DNA from: Oscillospiraceae bacterium
GTDB lineage: Bacteria; Bacillota; Clostridia; Oscillospirales; Acutalibacteraceae
Length of the DNA stretch: 64,000 nucleotides
Direction: 5' to 3'
Assembly: GCA_015066175.1 (NCBI GenBank)
Contig: SVOW01000013.1
Location: forward strand, 38,562 to 102,561
In this document: piece by piece, positions 16,435-24,843 of the stretch
Position numbering within the stretch: the first letter of the stretch is position 1
How the letters are laid out: every line of letters begins with the position of its first letter
Made by a program: the position numbers and the translations under genes
Notes under the pieces: model-generated
What the model was told of the DNA's origin: nothing
What the model saw: only the letters and a program-made list of their open reading frames with translations
Databases searched by the model: none

Positions 16435-18384
16435 TCAGATTTCTGTTTCGAATAATTCGCCTTTGATATTTACTTCTCTGAACTGTGCTTTTTCTTTGTT
16501 TTCAAAGATGTATTCGCCCATATCGATTCTTGCAAAGTTATGAGGTGCAGAACGCTTTGAGTAAGTGGGCAGAGTCATATAATTAGGTCCGTAAGCATAG
16601 TTAAGATAGCCTGTGTAATCAACAGGGATAGGTGCTTTTATGCCGTCAAAATCAACATAGTGCACTTCTTCAAGTCCGTCAATGGGCATTGCACCATCAA
16701 TAAGCTTTTTGCCTACGCTGTCAATAAGATATTTTGCATTTTTCTTGTTTTTATAGAAAGAAACGCCAAGTTCAAACAAGCCGTGATATACGCAATAAGG
16801 GATAAGTCTGAGGAAAGGAAGTGCAAGCTTTGAAGCTCTGTAATGGAAATTTTTACGCGGAGCATTATACCAACGCACTTCAAGAGCTTTTGTGATTGCA
16901 TAAAGGTAAGCCATATGCAATTTCTGCAGGAATTTATTGTTGCTTGTTTTGTCATAAACGAGAATATCGATGAAGATACCATCTTCAACACTGTTTTTGC
17001 TTGAATAGTTTGTTGAGAAATATGTACCTTTAAGACGCACTTTATCAATAGTGTAATGGCTTCCTGTGCCGTTTGTGGGGCAGGAATAAACAAACTGCTC
17101 GCCCATTTCTTCCTGGAAAACTTTACGGAATTTATTGTAATCTTCTCTGAGCATACCGATATCAAGGTCATCATCCCATGCGATGCTCATACCGTTTCTT
17201 ACTGCACCGAGAAGTGAGCCGCCTGCAAGGAAATACTGAATATTGTGCTTTTTGCAGATGCGTTCAATTTCGTTAAGAATATAAACTTCAAGGTCTTTAA
17301 GACGCTGGAGTTTGCCTTCGTAAAATGCAATAAGAGGCTCAATATCATATTCAACTTCTGAAAGATAGCAGACTGCGTGATAAATTGCAGTTGTTTGATT
17401 GCAGAAGGGTTTATAACTTGTTTTTCTGAATTTAAGGGAACCGAGAGACTTGCATTCTTTTTCTTCCAAATCGCCGATGTCGCATTTAAGTCGGAGAAAA
17501 TCTCTACATTTTGAATGAATTGCAAACTTGATTGTGGCTGCGTTTGTGGTATAGCTTGCCACATTGTAGGTGTGACCTTCTTTCACTTTGTAAAGAGCGA
17601 AAACAAGCGACGGAATAACATCGCGGATATAAGTCATAGTGAAATCAGAAGCATAGTCTTCCTTTGTGATTTCAACACACTGCTTTCTGAAAATATCTCT
17701 GATAGTTTCGTGCAGGTCATATGCAGGCATATGCTGTTTGTCAGGTGCAAAAACATTATCATAACGCAGAAGTGAAACTGAAATGTTTTCATCTCTCACT
17801 GCCTGACGGCATCTTTTTTCAAGGCTTGCATAAAAGCTGAAATCAGCCTTTGCTTCTGATGAATATTCTTCGATAAAATAGTTATATTCTCTTTCAGCAA
17901 GGTGATCAATCCCCTGAGGAATTGAGGGCATAAGGGGAAGCAAAGCGCCCATAACAACGCGTGCAGAATTGTTTTTCGCAAAACTGAACACCAAATCAAG
18001 AGAGTTGATGATTTTTTCTTCGTTTTTCTTTTCGTCACAGTTAACGAAGCAGATAACGCATGACCTTTCTTTTCTGCCGTTTTTAATGCAGGCAAAAGAT
18101 TGGAGCGCTATTTCTTCAACAACATTATCAGGGTTTGAAAAATATTCTGTCAACACAGGTGTTTTTTCACAAAGAGGCACAAAATAAGCCTTACCCTGAA
18201 AATAAACTGATTTCTGTGCGATAAGCCCCATTGCCTGAACAAGGTATTCCGACACAAAACTATCATCACAAACAAAATAATATTTATCGTAAAATTTCTT
18301 CTTTTCAAGAAAAACACGTGTTAAAACTTTGTCCACTGACGTGGCAGTCATTTCAATTTCGTCTGCAATTATCAAACTGTTCAT
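16435..18384 (-). CDS. LicD-family phosphotransferase fused to a ~350-aa N-terminal domain of unclear function
   Basis: The C-terminal half has YFLAGGSLLGAVRNGMSIAWDDDLDIGMLREDY, the LicD DxD core. The N-terminal half has no clear cofactor motif. Confidence 0.75.
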   Translation of the reverse strand: MNSLIIADEIEMTATSVDKVLTRVFLEKKKFYDKYYFVCDDSFVSEYLVQAMGLIAQKSVYFQGKAYFVPLCEKTPVLTEYFSNPDNVVEEIALQSFACIKNGRKERSCVICFVNCDEKKNEEKIINSLDLVFSFAKNNSARVVMGALLPLMPSIPQGIDHLAEREYNYFIEEYSSEAKADFSFYASLEKRCRQAVRDENISVSLLRYDNVFAPDKQHMPAYDLHETIRDIFRKQCVEITKEDYASDFTMTYIRDVIPSLVFALYKVKEGHTYNVASYTTNAATIKFAIHSKCRDFLRLKCDIGDLEEKECKSLGSLKFRKTSYKPFCNQTTAIYHAVCYLSEVEYDIEPLIAFYEGKLQRLKDLEVYILNEIERICKKHNIQYFLAGGSLLGAVRNGMSIAWDDDLDIGMLREDYNKFRKVFQEEMGEQFVYSCPTNGTGSHYTIDKVRLKGTYFSTNYSSKNSVEDGIFIDILVYDKTSNNKFLQKLHMAYLYAITKALEVRWYNAPRKNFHYRASKLALPFLRLIPYCVYHGLFELGVSFYKNKKNAKYLIDSVGKKLIDGAMPIDGLEEVHYVDFDGIKAPIPVDYTGYLNYAYGPNYMTLPTYSKRSAPHNFARIDMGEYIFENKEKAQFREVNIKGELFETEI

Positions 18385-18473
18385 TATATCACCTTAATAA
18401 TTAAAAATTATTACGCACTTTCGTAATTTATAATATACCATAACAGATGTAAAAAGTCAATATAAAACAAAAG

Positions 18474-18506
18474 CAACACCCGATCCGTTATAAGACTCGG
18501 GTGTTG
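18474..18506 (-). terminator. Terminator ending the oxidoreductase operon
   Basis: CAACACCCG/CGGGTGTTG hairpin followed by a T-run on the minus strand. Confidence 0.7.
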
Positions 18507-18521
18507 GTAGATTTTAAATTA

Positions 18522-19058
18522 TTATGCGTTGTAACCGATTTCGATTGCACCGAGGTTAACTTCCAGCATATCCTGATGTCTTGCTGAAACAACGTGTGCA
18601 AGTGCTTCTCTGAGATTATCGTAAGAAACAGCATCACATTCTTTCATAAGTTTACCTGCAATAATCATGTTAGCAAGCTTGGGAATGTTGTTTTCGTTAG
18701 CAAGCTGTGTTGCGGGAAGATAGAAAACTTCAACATCGTCTCTTTCTACTTTTCTGCCGATAAGAGAACTGTCGAGAATGATTTTACCACCTTTTTTAAC
18801 TGAAGCTTCGTACTTATCAAGTGACGGAAGATTCATTGCAACAAGGATATCGGGTTCGTCAATGATGGGAGAACCGATGGGGTCATCGCTGATGATAACG
18901 CTGCAGTTTGCAGTGCCGCCACGCATTTCGGGGCCGTATGAGGGAAGCCAGCTTACCTGCTTGCCTTCGTCAAGGCCTTTGTATGCCAAGAATTTACCTA
19001 CGAACAGAACGCCCTGTCCGCCGAATCCTGCAAAGAGGATGCTTGATGATTTACTCAT
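18522..19058 (-). CDS. 2-oxoacid:ferredoxin oxidoreductase, gamma subunit
   Basis: ILFAGFGGQGVLFVGKFLA. A 4-nt ATGA overlap with the beta subunit gene. Confidence 0.9.
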   Translation of the reverse strand: MSKSSSILFAGFGGQGVLFVGKFLAYKGLDEGKQVSWLPSYGPEMRGGTANCSVIISDDPIGSPIIDEPDILVAMNLPSLDKYEASVKKGGKIILDSSLIGRKVERDDVEVFYLPATQLANENNIPKLANMIIAGKLMKECDAVSYDNLREALAHVVSARHQDMLEVNLGAIEIGYNA

Positions 19059-19807
19059 TTTGTTTCCTCCTCTGCATAGATATCTTTATAAACGCCCAAG
19101 GGATAGTAGGGCATCATATTTTCTTCAAGCCATGTGAGTGCTTTTTCAGGTGTTACACCCCAGTTTGTGGGACAAGTTGAAAGCACTTCAACAAGTGAGA
19201 AGCCTTTGCCGTCAATCTGATTCTGGAATGCTTTTTTGATTGCTTTCTTTGCTTTGTTGATGTTTTTAACGTTGTTTACTGCAACTCTTTCGATGTAAGC
19301 AGCACCATCAACATTTGAAAGAAGTTCTGCAACTTTAACGGGATAACCTGCAACGTTTACATCTCTGCCGTAAGGTGAAGTCTGTGTAACCTGACCGGGA
19401 AGAGTTGTGGGAGCCATCTGACCGCCTGTCATACCGTAAATTGCATTATTTACAAAGATAACTGTGATATTTTCACGTCTTGCTGCTGAATGAACAGTTT
19501 CCGCAGTACCGATAGCTGCAAGGTCGCCGTCACCCTGGTATGTAAATACAACCTTTGAGGGGTCAGCACGTTTGATACCTGTTGCAACTGCAGGAGCACG
19601 TCCGTGAGCAGCCTGAATCATATCACAACCGAAATAGTTATATGCCATAACTGAGCAACCAACAGGTGCTACACCGATTGATTTACCTTCAATTCCAAGT
19701 TCATCCATTACCTCAGCAACAAGACGGTGGATAATACCGTGAGTACATCCGGGGCAGTAATGAAGAGGAGCATCTGTAAGTGCATGGGGTTTATCAAAAA
19801 CTACCAT
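19055..19807 (-). CDS. 2-oxoacid:ferredoxin oxidoreductase, beta (TPP-binding) subunit
   Basis: CPGCTHG, GDGD and the TPP-binding pattern GGQMAPTT. Confidence 0.9.
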   Translation of the reverse strand: MVVFDKPHALTDAPLHYCPGCTHGIIHRLVAEVMDELGIEGKSIGVAPVGCSVMAYNYFGCDMIQAAHGRAPAVATGIKRADPSKVVFTYQGDGDLAAIGTAETVHSAARRENITVIFVNNAIYGMTGGQMAPTTLPGQVTQTSPYGRDVNVAGYPVKVAELLSNVDGAAYIERVAVNNVKNINKAKKAIKKAFQNQIDGKGFSLVEVLSTCPTNWGVTPEKALTWLEENMMPYYPLGVYKDIYAEEETK

Positions 19808-20874
19808 TATTTGTCGCCTCCTTTGTTTGCTTCAATAATTGCGTTAAGAACCTGGTCAGGAGAAGGAATCATACCACCTGCTCTGTTGCAGAGTGATACA
19901 GGTTTCTTGCATTCTGTTGCAAGTTTAACGTCTTCAATCATCTGTCCCATTGACATTTCTACGCTGACAAAAGCTTTAACTTTGTCTGCTGCAGCTCTGA
20001 ATGCCTTTTTGGGGAAGGGCCAGAGTGTGATAGGTCTGATAAGACCAACTTTAATGCCCTGCTTTCTTGCTTCAAGAACTGCGTTCTTTGAAACACGTGA
20101 TGCAATACCGAATGCTGCAACGCAGATTTCTGCATCTTCCATCATAAATTCTTCGCAGAGTGCTTCGTTTTCTTCGATTGCTTTGTATTTTTCAAAACGT
20201 TCAAAGTTGAATTTTTCAAGTTCTTCGGGAACAAGTGAAAGAGAGTTTACAATGTTGTGTTCTCTTTCCATATTTGTGCCTGTAAGTGCCCAGGGTTTTT
20301 CGTATGTTTCAACTTCGCCCATATCAAGGCTTACAGGTTCCATCATCTGACCCATTGTACCGTCTGCAAGAATCATTGTGGGCATACGGTATTTGTCAGC
20401 AAGATTGAATGCTTTGAATGTAAGAGAAGCCATTTCCTGAACTGATGCAGGAGCAAGTACGATAAGGTGATAGTCACCATGACCGCTGCCTCTTGTTGCC
20501 TGGAAATAGTCTGACTGTGAGGGCTGAATACCACCGAGACCGGGGCCACCACGCTGCACGTTAACGATAAGTGCGGGAAGGTCGCAACCTGCGATGTATG
20601 AAATACCTTCACTCTTAAGTGAAATTCCGGGGCTTGAAGAAGAAGTCATTACTCTCTTACCTGTTGCAGCAACACCATAAACCATATTGATTGCTGCGAT
20701 TTCGCTTTCTGCCTGAAGGAAAACACCGCCCTCGATTTTGGGCATACGTTTTGCCATATAGGCAGCAACCTCTGTCTGAGGAGTTATAGGATAACCGAAG
20801 TAATGGCGGCAACCTGCCATAATAGCAGCTTCAGCAATTGCTTCGTTACCTTTCATCAAAACTTTTTCTGCCAT
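19807..20874 (-). CDS. 2-oxoacid:ferredoxin oxidoreductase, alpha subunit
   Basis: MKGNEAIAEAAIMAGCRHYFGYPITPQTE. ATG 20874 follows AGAGGTG. Confidence 0.9.
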   Translation of the reverse strand: MAEKVLMKGNEAIAEAAIMAGCRHYFGYPITPQTEVAAYMAKRMPKIEGGVFLQAESEIAAINMVYGVAATGKRVMTSSSSPGISLKSEGISYIAGCDLPALIVNVQRGGPGLGGIQPSQSDYFQATRGSGHGDYHLIVLAPASVQEMASLTFKAFNLADKYRMPTMILADGTMGQMMEPVSLDMGEVETYEKPWALTGTNMEREHNIVNSLSLVPEELEKFNFERFEKYKAIEENEALCEEFMMEDAEICVAAFGIASRVSKNAVLEARKQGIKVGLIRPITLWPFPKKAFRAAADKVKAFVSVEMSMGQMIEDVKLATECKKPVSLCNRAGGMIPSPDQVLNAIIEANKGGDK

Positions 20875-20879
20875 TATTC

Positions 20880-21086
20880 TCACCTCTCAACCTTAATTAC
20901 ACAATCAGGACACATTGTTGCGCAGAAAGCACAACCTACACATTTCTCACTGTCTGTAATTTCAGCGGGATGATGTCCTTTAACATTGATTTTATCTTTG
21001 GAAAGGGCAATAATCTTTTTGGGACATGCCACAACACAAAGACCGCAACCTTTACACAAATCTGTTGCGAAAGTTACCTTTGCCAT
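20880..21086 (-). CDS. 2-oxoacid:ferredoxin oxidoreductase, delta subunit (2x[4Fe-4S] ferredoxin)
   Basis: CKGCGLCVVACP and CVGCAFCATMCP. Confidence 0.9.
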   Translation of the reverse strand: MAKVTFATDLCKGCGLCVVACPKKIIALSKDKINVKGHHPAEITDSEKCVGCAFCATMCPDCVIKVER

Positions 21087-21098
21087 ACTATCTCTCCC

Positions 21099-21767
21099 TT
21101 AATCATATTTTCTTACGTGTTGCAAATTGAGGGGCATTATATTTTCTATTCTGCCTGACAATTCGTTGAATAACGTACTTTTGACTGTTGTAAGTTTTAC
21201 AGGTAAACCTGTAAGTGATGAAATTTCTTCGGCATATGAAACAGAAGAAAGCACATCTTCCGCAGTTGTTTCTTCGCCGAGATTTGAGTTGTTTACAATG
21301 GCTGTGAATTTAATTCCGCCTGCTGATTCAACCTCTCTCATCACTTCGACCGTACTCTCAGCATCGGGAGTAAGCGGTCTGAATTTATTGATTACAAAAA
21401 ACATTTCGTAGTCGTTTTCTTCGATAATTGACGGTGCATATCTGCCGAGAGCCAACGCTCCGCGGTCGTCACCGCCGATATCCATAACGGCGAAAGTTTC
21501 TTTGTTATCGATAATTGAATACATATCCTGAGGAATTGCAGGTAAATCAACGTTTGAGTTTGCGTAGACAGATGAAATTAATTTAATTCCCCTCTTCTGA
21601 AGCTCATCCTCACTGTCTTTTGCACGATAGTAGGGATTCACTATATCAAGGTCTGCCACGCACACATCAATACCTGCGTCTTTTATCTTTACTGCATAGT
21701 TTACGGCAATGTTTGTTTTACCTGAGCCGTAGTGACCTGCAAAAAGAGTTATACGTTTAAAGTTCAT
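21099..21767 (-). CDS. P-loop NTPase (MinD/ParA-like fold), function unknown
   Basis: MNFKRITLFAGHYGSGKTNIAVNYA. The ORF-track N-terminal extension to 21962 reads through a repeat element and is rejected. Confidence 0.7.
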   Translation of the reverse strand: MNFKRITLFAGHYGSGKTNIAVNYAVKIKDAGIDVCVADLDIVNPYYRAKDSEDELQKRGIKLISSVYANSNVDLPAIPQDMYSIIDNKETFAVMDIGGDDRGALALGRYAPSIIEENDYEMFFVINKFRPLTPDAESTVEVMREVESAGGIKFTAIVNNSNLGEETTAEDVLSSVSYAEEISSLTGLPVKLTTVKSTLFNELSGRIENIMPLNLQHVRKYD

Positions 21768-21964
21768 TTTGTTCACCGGATTTTCAAGTACAGCAGGAGC
21801 AAATCTCCGCCATACAATAGTTATACTTAATGCAAAGTGCATAGTGCATAATGCAGAGTTTATGGTGGGCAAAGCCCACACCCAAAATAACAAGCGTCTC
21901 AGACCCGAAATTCTGCATTTTGCATTCTGCATTGAAAATGTCATATTACCGATTTCACGCAATC
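21768..21964. repeat. Intergenic repeat element rich in TGCAT/GTGCAT heptad-like units, with a GTGGGCAAAGCCCAC hairpin
   Basis: Contains TGCAAAGTGCATAGTGCATAATGCAGAG and TGCATTTTGCATTCTGCATTG. The GCGTCTCAGACCCGAAA segment resembles GCGTCGCAGACCCGAAA in the 156-bp element at 53898-54053. Confidence 0.6.
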
Positions 21965-24253
21965 TTAAAGTTTGTTTCTCTGAATTTTGCCGCTTACTGT
22001 CTTGGGCAATTCATCCTTGAACACAACAATTCTGGGATATTTATAAGGTGCTGTGTGTTCTTTAACATATTTCTGGATTTCTTTCTTAAGTTCTTCTGTG
22101 CCTTCTGTACCCTTTGTAAGAACGATACTTGCCTTAACAACCTGACCTCTTACTTCGTCGGGTGCAGCAGAAACGCCACATTCAAGAACATAAGGAAGTT
22201 CCATAATAACGTTTTCAATTTCGAATGGTCCGATACGGTAGCCTGATGATTTGATAACGTCATCAACACGACCAACATACCAGTAGAATCCGTCTTCATC
22301 TCGCCATGCAGTATCGCCTGTGTGATAAAGTCCGTCGTGCCATGCTTCGTTTGTTTTTTCTTCATCAAGGTAGTAACCTTTGAAGAGACCGCAAGGAACT
22401 TTTTCAGATGTGCGGATAACAATTTCACCTGTTTCACCGTCTGCAACAGGGTTGCCGTCGGGGTCAACAATGTCAACATCGTAAAGCGGTACAGGTTTAC
22501 CCATTGAACCGAGTCTGTGCTCTGAGCCGAAAAGGTTACCGATAACAAGTGTTGTTTCTGACTGACCGAAGCCTTCCATAACCTGAAGTCCTGTAAGGTT
22601 TTCGAATTGTCTGAATACTTCGGGGTTAAGAGCCTCACCTGCGATAGTTGCATGTTCAATACTTGAAACATCGTATTTTGTAAGGTCTTCTTTAATCATC
22701 ATTCTGTACATCGTAGGCGGTGCGCAGAATGTTGTAATTTTGTATTTTGCAAACATAGGCAAGATATCTGAAGCATCAAAACGATCAAAGTCGTAAACAA
22801 ATACTGCTGCTTCGCAGAGCCACTGACCGTAGAGTTTACCCCACATTGATTTTGCCCAGCCTGTGTCTGAAATTGTAAGATGAAGTCCCTGGGGATTTAC
22901 ACAGTGCCAATAGTTGGCTGTAATAAAGTGACCCAAAGGATATTTGAATGAATGAGCAGCGATTTTGGGATAACCTGTTGTGCCTGATGTGAAGAACATA
23001 AGCATATAATCGTCACCGCAGGGTGTATCGTCTGTTCTTTCAAATACGTTGCTGTAGAGTTTGAATTCTTCGTCAAAGTTTCTCCAGCCTTCACGCTCTG
23101 CACCAACCATAATTTTAATCTGAAGTGAAGGTGCATTCTTTTCAGCAAGTTCAACCTGTTCATATGTACCGTCGTCTGCAGTACAAACAATAGCTTTAAC
23201 ATCTGCTGCATTGAAACGGTATTCAAAGTCGTGGTCTTTAAGCTGATGAGTTGCAGGAATTACAACTGCGCCAAGTTTGTGAAGACCGAGCACTGCAAAC
23301 CAGAACTGATAATGACGTTTTAAAACGAGCATTACCTTGTCACCTTTCTTAATGCCAAGTGACTTGAAGTAGTTTGCTGCCTGTGCAGAATATTCCATCA
23401 TATCCTTGAAAGTGAATATTCTTTCTTTTTTATCTTTTGAAACGTGAAGCATTGCCATTTTGTCGGGCAACTTCTTCGCGATTCCGTCAACGATATCAAA
23501 AGCAAAGTTGAATTTATCTTCGTTTTCAAATGAAAGTGAAAGAAGTGCGCCTCTTTCATCTTCTTTGGGATGAATAAAGTTATGATAAATTCTTCTGTTT
23601 GTTTTAACTCTCTTGGGTGCTGAAGTCAATTCAGTTTTAGCCTGTTCAAGTTCGGGAATAGGCTCACCTGTGGGGTTAAGAACCATTGCGTAGAATTCGC
23701 AATCTCTGCCACCTACTGCAGTCATACCGTGAGGTGTTGCACTATCGTAATAGATGCTGTCGCCTTCGTTGAGGATTGCAGTATGGTTGCCGACCTGAAC
23801 TTTCAAAGAACCACTGATAACGATATCACATTCCTGACCGTCATGTGAAGTCAGTTCAAGTGTTTTATCATCGTCACCTTCGTTATATTCGCACTTAACG
23901 TAAAGGGGTTCTGCGATTCTGTTTACAAAAGACGGAGCAAGGTTGTAATATTTAAGACCGTGAGCTTCCTGAATTTCCTGACCGCGACCTTTTCGTGTTA
24001 CAACGTAAGATTTAAGTGTGGGGCTGACACCTTCGATGATGTCGGTAACGTCAACCTTGAATGCCTGTGAACATCTGTAAAGGAAAGCGAAAGAAAGGTC
24101 GCGTCTTCCCTCTTCGCAGGATATGTACTCTTCAAGAGTTACACCTGTTTTCACAGCCATTTCAGCTTGTGTAAGACCTTCGATTTCACGCAGTTCGCGG
24201 ATACGTTCAGCCATTTCCATAATTTTAATGTCGAGTGTGCCTGTTTCTTTCAT
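21965..24253 (-). CDS. Fusion protein: XRE-type HTH + cupin + AMP-forming acyl-CoA synthetase (paralog 1)
   Basis: ATG 24253 lies 8 nt after AAGGAG. HTH: IRELREIEGLTQAEMAVKTGVTLEEYISCEEG. Cupin: GDSIYYDSATPHGM. AMP-binding: FFTSGTTGYPK, YHTGD and SGKIQRNKL. Confidence 0.85.
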   Translation of the reverse strand: MKETGTLDIKIMEMAERIRELREIEGLTQAEMAVKTGVTLEEYISCEEGRRDLSFAFLYRCSQAFKVDVTDIIEGVSPTLKSYVVTRKGRGQEIQEAHGLKYYNLAPSFVNRIAEPLYVKCEYNEGDDDKTLELTSHDGQECDIVISGSLKVQVGNHTAILNEGDSIYYDSATPHGMTAVGGRDCEFYAMVLNPTGEPIPELEQAKTELTSAPKRVKTNRRIYHNFIHPKEDERGALLSLSFENEDKFNFAFDIVDGIAKKLPDKMAMLHVSKDKKERIFTFKDMMEYSAQAANYFKSLGIKKGDKVMLVLKRHYQFWFAVLGLHKLGAVVIPATHQLKDHDFEYRFNAADVKAIVCTADDGTYEQVELAEKNAPSLQIKIMVGAEREGWRNFDEEFKLYSNVFERTDDTPCGDDYMLMFFTSGTTGYPKIAAHSFKYPLGHFITANYWHCVNPQGLHLTISDTGWAKSMWGKLYGQWLCEAAVFVYDFDRFDASDILPMFAKYKITTFCAPPTMYRMMIKEDLTKYDVSSIEHATIAGEALNPEVFRQFENLTGLQVMEGFGQSETTLVIGNLFGSEHRLGSMGKPVPLYDVDIVDPDGNPVADGETGEIVIRTSEKVPCGLFKGYYLDEEKTNEAWHDGLYHTGDTAWRDEDGFYWYVGRVDDVIKSSGYRIGPFEIENVIMELPYVLECGVSAAPDEVRGQVVKASIVLTKGTEGTEELKKEIQKYVKEHTAPYKYPRIVVFKDELPKTVSGKIQRNKL

Positions 24254-24560
24254 ACAAAGTTCTCCTTTTTTCTTCGGGGAGCTCAAACAAAAAGCCCGTC
24301 CCAAAGACTTAATCCTTTGAGACGAGCACCAATATCTGTTGCCCGCGGTACCACTCAAATTGCGTTTTTAAACGCCACTCAGGTTCAAACAAACCTTATG
24401 CATTAACGCAGCAATCACGGAAAAGTTCTACTCATATTTACATACTTTCTTCTTTTCAGCTCCGGAGCTACAAATTGTCGTTTCTCTTTACCGCACTTAC
24501 ACCAGACGGCGGCTCTCTTCGAAAGGGATAGCGACAACACTCTCCATCAAAGCCATTAAC
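24254..24560 (-). promoter_or_regulatory. T-box riboswitch leader 1 (hand-read specifier GUA, Val)
   Basis: Minus strand has stem I elements GAUGGAG (K-turn), AGAGAG (AG bulge) and GGUGUAA (distal loop). The T-box sequence AAUUUGAGUGGUACCGCGG is at plus-strand 24343-24361. A terminator at 24294-24327 is followed by UUUUUGUUUG. The specifier loop UUUGUAG lies next to the CUCC helix, with GUA at plus-strand 24469-24471. Confidence 0.8.
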
Positions 24561-24566
24561 ATTAGA

Positions 24567-24595
24567 ATTATATCAAAGTTTTAAATGTTTGTCAA
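24567..24595 (-). promoter_or_regulatory. Consensus promoter for T-box leader 1
   Basis: Minus strand reads TTGACA, a 17-nt spacer, then TATAAT. Confidence 0.7.
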
Positions 24596-24690
24596 TAAAA
24601 TTTATTGTTTAATGTTTTGGCAATATTTTGCCTGATATTATGAATTCTGCATAAATTGTGTACAGCAGAGAAAAAGCCCTGCCATATGAA

Positions 24691-24843
24691 CGCTAAATTA
24701 TAATTTATCTTGTAGATTAAATTTAATATCGTAGGGAACGGCGGTTTCCGACGTTCCGCAAAAAGCAAACATAAATTGGCGGTTTGTCGGCAAGCGCCAA
24801 ACCCTACAATGTTAAAATTAATTGCACGCTAAATTATAATTTA
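24691..24843. repeat. REP doublet module bounded by CGCTAAATTATAATTTA direct repeats
   Basis: Forward hairpin GTAGGGAACGGCGGTTTCCGACGTTCC at 24731-24757. An inverted partner at 24778-24810 has the reverse complement GTAGGGTTTGGCGCTTGCCGACAAACC. The 17-bp CGCTAAATTATAATTTA occurs at 24691-24707 and 24827-24843. The module is nearly identical to 34267-34407. Confidence 0.85.

Noticed and set aside
19727-20350. 207-aa ORF on the plus strand. Similar long antisense ORFs occur at 52006..52767, 16713..17174, 22150..22671, 25565..26095, 30972..31529 and 44348..44803.
   Set aside because: Each lies entirely inside, and antisense or out of frame to, a gene with clear family motifs. Their sequences are low-complexity and have no RBS. 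They are shadow ORFs.
21768-21962. N-terminal extensions of track ORFs: 21099..21962, 21965..24358, 24834..27227, 40755..41255, 44748..45257, 13334..14623 and 5618..7030.
   Set aside because: The extensions read through repeat elements, T-box leaders or upstream genes. Internal ATGs with properly spaced Shine-Dalgarno sequences begin the conserved protein sequence.
24691-24843. Possibility that the repeated palindromes (here and at 34133-34407, 53733-54053 and 61878-62281) are CRISPR arrays.
   Set aside because: There is no regular repeat-spacer periodicity. The units differ in sequence and orientation, there are only 2-4 units per locus, and no cas genes are present. They fit REP/BIME-like elements instead.
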